A DNA stretch of 64,000 nucleotides. It comes from an uncultured Methanomicrobiales archaeon. Lineage in GTDB: Archaea > Halobacteriota > Methanomicrobia > Methanomicrobiales > Methanospirillaceae. The DNA is taken from positions 1,216,001-1,280,000 of the forward strand of contig OY969100.1 of assembly GCA_963697895.1 (NCBI GenBank), given 5' to 3'. Position numbers and translations under genes: made by a program. How positions within the stretch are numbered: the first letter of the stretch is position 1; each line of letters opens with the position of its first letter. Below are positions 62,601-64,000 of the stretch, one piece after another. Below the pieces are notes generated by a model. It was given only the letters and a program-made list of their open reading frames with translations. It made no database searches and was not told the origin of the DNA.

Positions 62601-63293
62601 ATGACCAGCTATGATATATTAAACGGCATTATCACCGCGATCCAATTGATTGTGACGCTCGACCCAGATGTGATCGATATCACTATCCGCTCGCTCTATA
62701 TATCCATCATCGCGACCGTAATTGCATCCCTCATCGGGATTCCCCTCGGCGGTTTTATTCATTTCAAGGAATTCGGGGGAAAGAGAGGGCTTATCCTGAT
62801 CATCCAGACCCTTTATTCTCTTCCGACGGTGATTGCCGGCCTCTTTATCTATCTGTTGATCTCGCGTTCCGGCCCACTTGGATTCCTCCATCTCCTGTAC
62901 ACCCCGGGAGCAATGATCATCGGACAGACGATCCTCGTGTTGCCTATTATGGTGGGCATGACCCTCATCGCCCTCTCCGGGGTGAAACAGAATCTCCAGG
63001 ACACGGTGATCTCGCTCGGTGCAACGAGTTCGCAGACGATCAGCACGATAATAAAGGAAGCCCGGTTTGCCATGATCGGGGGTATCATCCTCGGGTTCGG
63101 ACGTGCGATCTCAGAGGTCGGTGCCGCGATGATGCTCGGGGGAAATATTGCCGGGTACACCCGGGTGCTAACGACAGCGATCGCGCTGAACACCTCCCAG
63201 GGGGATATTCCGTTCTCGATCGCGCTCGGAATCATACTCCTGTCGGTCGCACTGATCGTGACTGCAATCGCCTTCCTGGTCCAGGAGCGCTGA
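62601..63293 (+). CDS. tupB: Tungstate ABC transporter permease, TupB type
   Basis: LPTVIAGL..Y..SRSGPLG, AMIIGQ, GFGRAISEVGAAMMLGGNI...TRVLTTAI. Confidence 0.9.
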   Translation: MTSYDILNGIITAIQLIVTLDPDVIDITIRSLYISIIATVIASLIGIPLGGFIHFKEFGGKRGLILIIQTLYSLPTVIAGLFIYLLISRSGPLGFLHLLYTPGAMIIGQTILVLPIMVGMTLIALSGVKQNLQDTVISLGATSSQTISTIIKEARFAMIGGIILGFGRAISEVGAAMMLGGNIAGYTRVLTTAIALNTSQGDIPFSIALGIILLSVALIVTAIAFLVQER

Positions 63294-63297
63294 TCCG

Positions 63298-64000
63298 ATG
63301 GATAACCAGCCGTTCGTTCAATTAACCAGCGTCACCAAGAATTTCGGTGAGAAGAAGGTGCTGACCGATATCAGCCTCGGGATCCTGAAGGGGGAGATAT
63401 TTACCGTGATCGGCCCGAGCGGGACGGGGAAAACGACCCTGCTCCGGTTGATCAACCTCCTGGAAAAGCCGACCACCGGGATCATTCTTTTCGATGGACA
63501 GAACACGAATACCAATGCTGCCGCCCGCGTCGCGTTACGGCGGCGGATGAGCATGGTCTTCCAGAAACCGGCCCCGCTGCGGGGGAATGTTTTTCATAAC
63601 ATCGCAATCGGCCTGAAATTCCGGGGAGTAGATGCTAAGGAGATCGCAGACAGGGTGCCTGAAGTGCTGGCGCTCGTCGGGCTCTCCGGGTATGAGACCA
63701 GGAAAGCGACCACGCTCTCCGGCGGGGAGATGCAGCGGGTCGCGATCGCCCGGGCGATCGTGACGCATCCGGAACTCCTCCTCCTCGACGAGCCAACCGC
63801 GAACCTGGACCCGGTCTCGACCGAGCGGATCGAGGATCTGATCCGTGCCATCAACGAGAAGTTCGGCACGACCATCATCCTTTCCACCCATGATATGGTG
63901 CAGGGACAACGGCTCGCCCACCGGATGGCGGTTATCCTCGATCGTCGAGTCGGGCAGGTGGGCACGTCTCATGAGATCTTTTACCAGCCGTCCAACAGGC
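63298..64000 (+). CDS. tupC: ABC transporter ATP-binding subunit, TupC type (3' truncated by window)
   Basis: Hand translation MDNQPFVQL..GPSGTGKTT, VFQKP, LSGGEMQRVA, LLDEPTANLDP, STHD. Confidence 0.88.
   Translation, partial: MDNQPFVQLTSVTKNFGEKKVLTDISLGILKGEIFTVIGPSGTGKTTLLRLINLLEKPTTGIILFDGQNTNTNAAARVALRRRMSMVFQKPAPLRGNVFHNIAIGLKFRGVDAKEIADRVPEVLALVGLSGYETRKATTLSGGEMQRVAIARAIVTHPELLLLDEPTANLDPVSTERIEDLIRAINEKFGTTIILSTHDMVQGQRLAHRMAVILDRRVGQVGTSHEIFYQPSNR

Overview
This is a 64 kb GC-rich archaeal window, most likely from a Methanomicrobiales methanogen. That placement is inferred from RadA, FEN1, an archaeal histone, RPA, a presenilin homologue, DUF1890/DUF1894, dapL and bacterial-type mutS/mutL. 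Most of it is housekeeping: DNA repair (mutY-like, mutL, mutS, SRAP, rpa, radA, fen), amino acid and nucleotide biosynthesis (dapL, lysA, hisC, hisD, argD, guaAB, pyrG) and a gdh-korBA-sdhAB-pepV block. The most notable region is a Mo/W oxyanion island at the right end (57.2-64 kb). It encodes a lipoprotein fusing a TupA-type and a WtpA-type binding domain, a MOT1-type transporter, a molybdenum-storage-protein homologue, a GntR-like regulator and tupBC. Arrayed TGRT-N1-2-AYCA boxes lie upstream of its three promoter regions. Other notable items are a 12 x 108-aa repeat surface protein with Asp-box motifs, a GT2-TPR-BrxD/DUF2791 ATPase operon, an sdhAB pair preceded by a ferric-reductase-like membrane gene instead of sdhCD, and a ~52-bp intergenic tandem repeat. 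About eight genes carry apparent single-base frameshifts, most at or next to AGCT/GTAC/GATC, which suggests sequencing artefacts rather than pseudogenes. No rRNA, tRNA, CRISPR array or transposase was recognised. All family calls are from motif recognition by eye; no searches were run.
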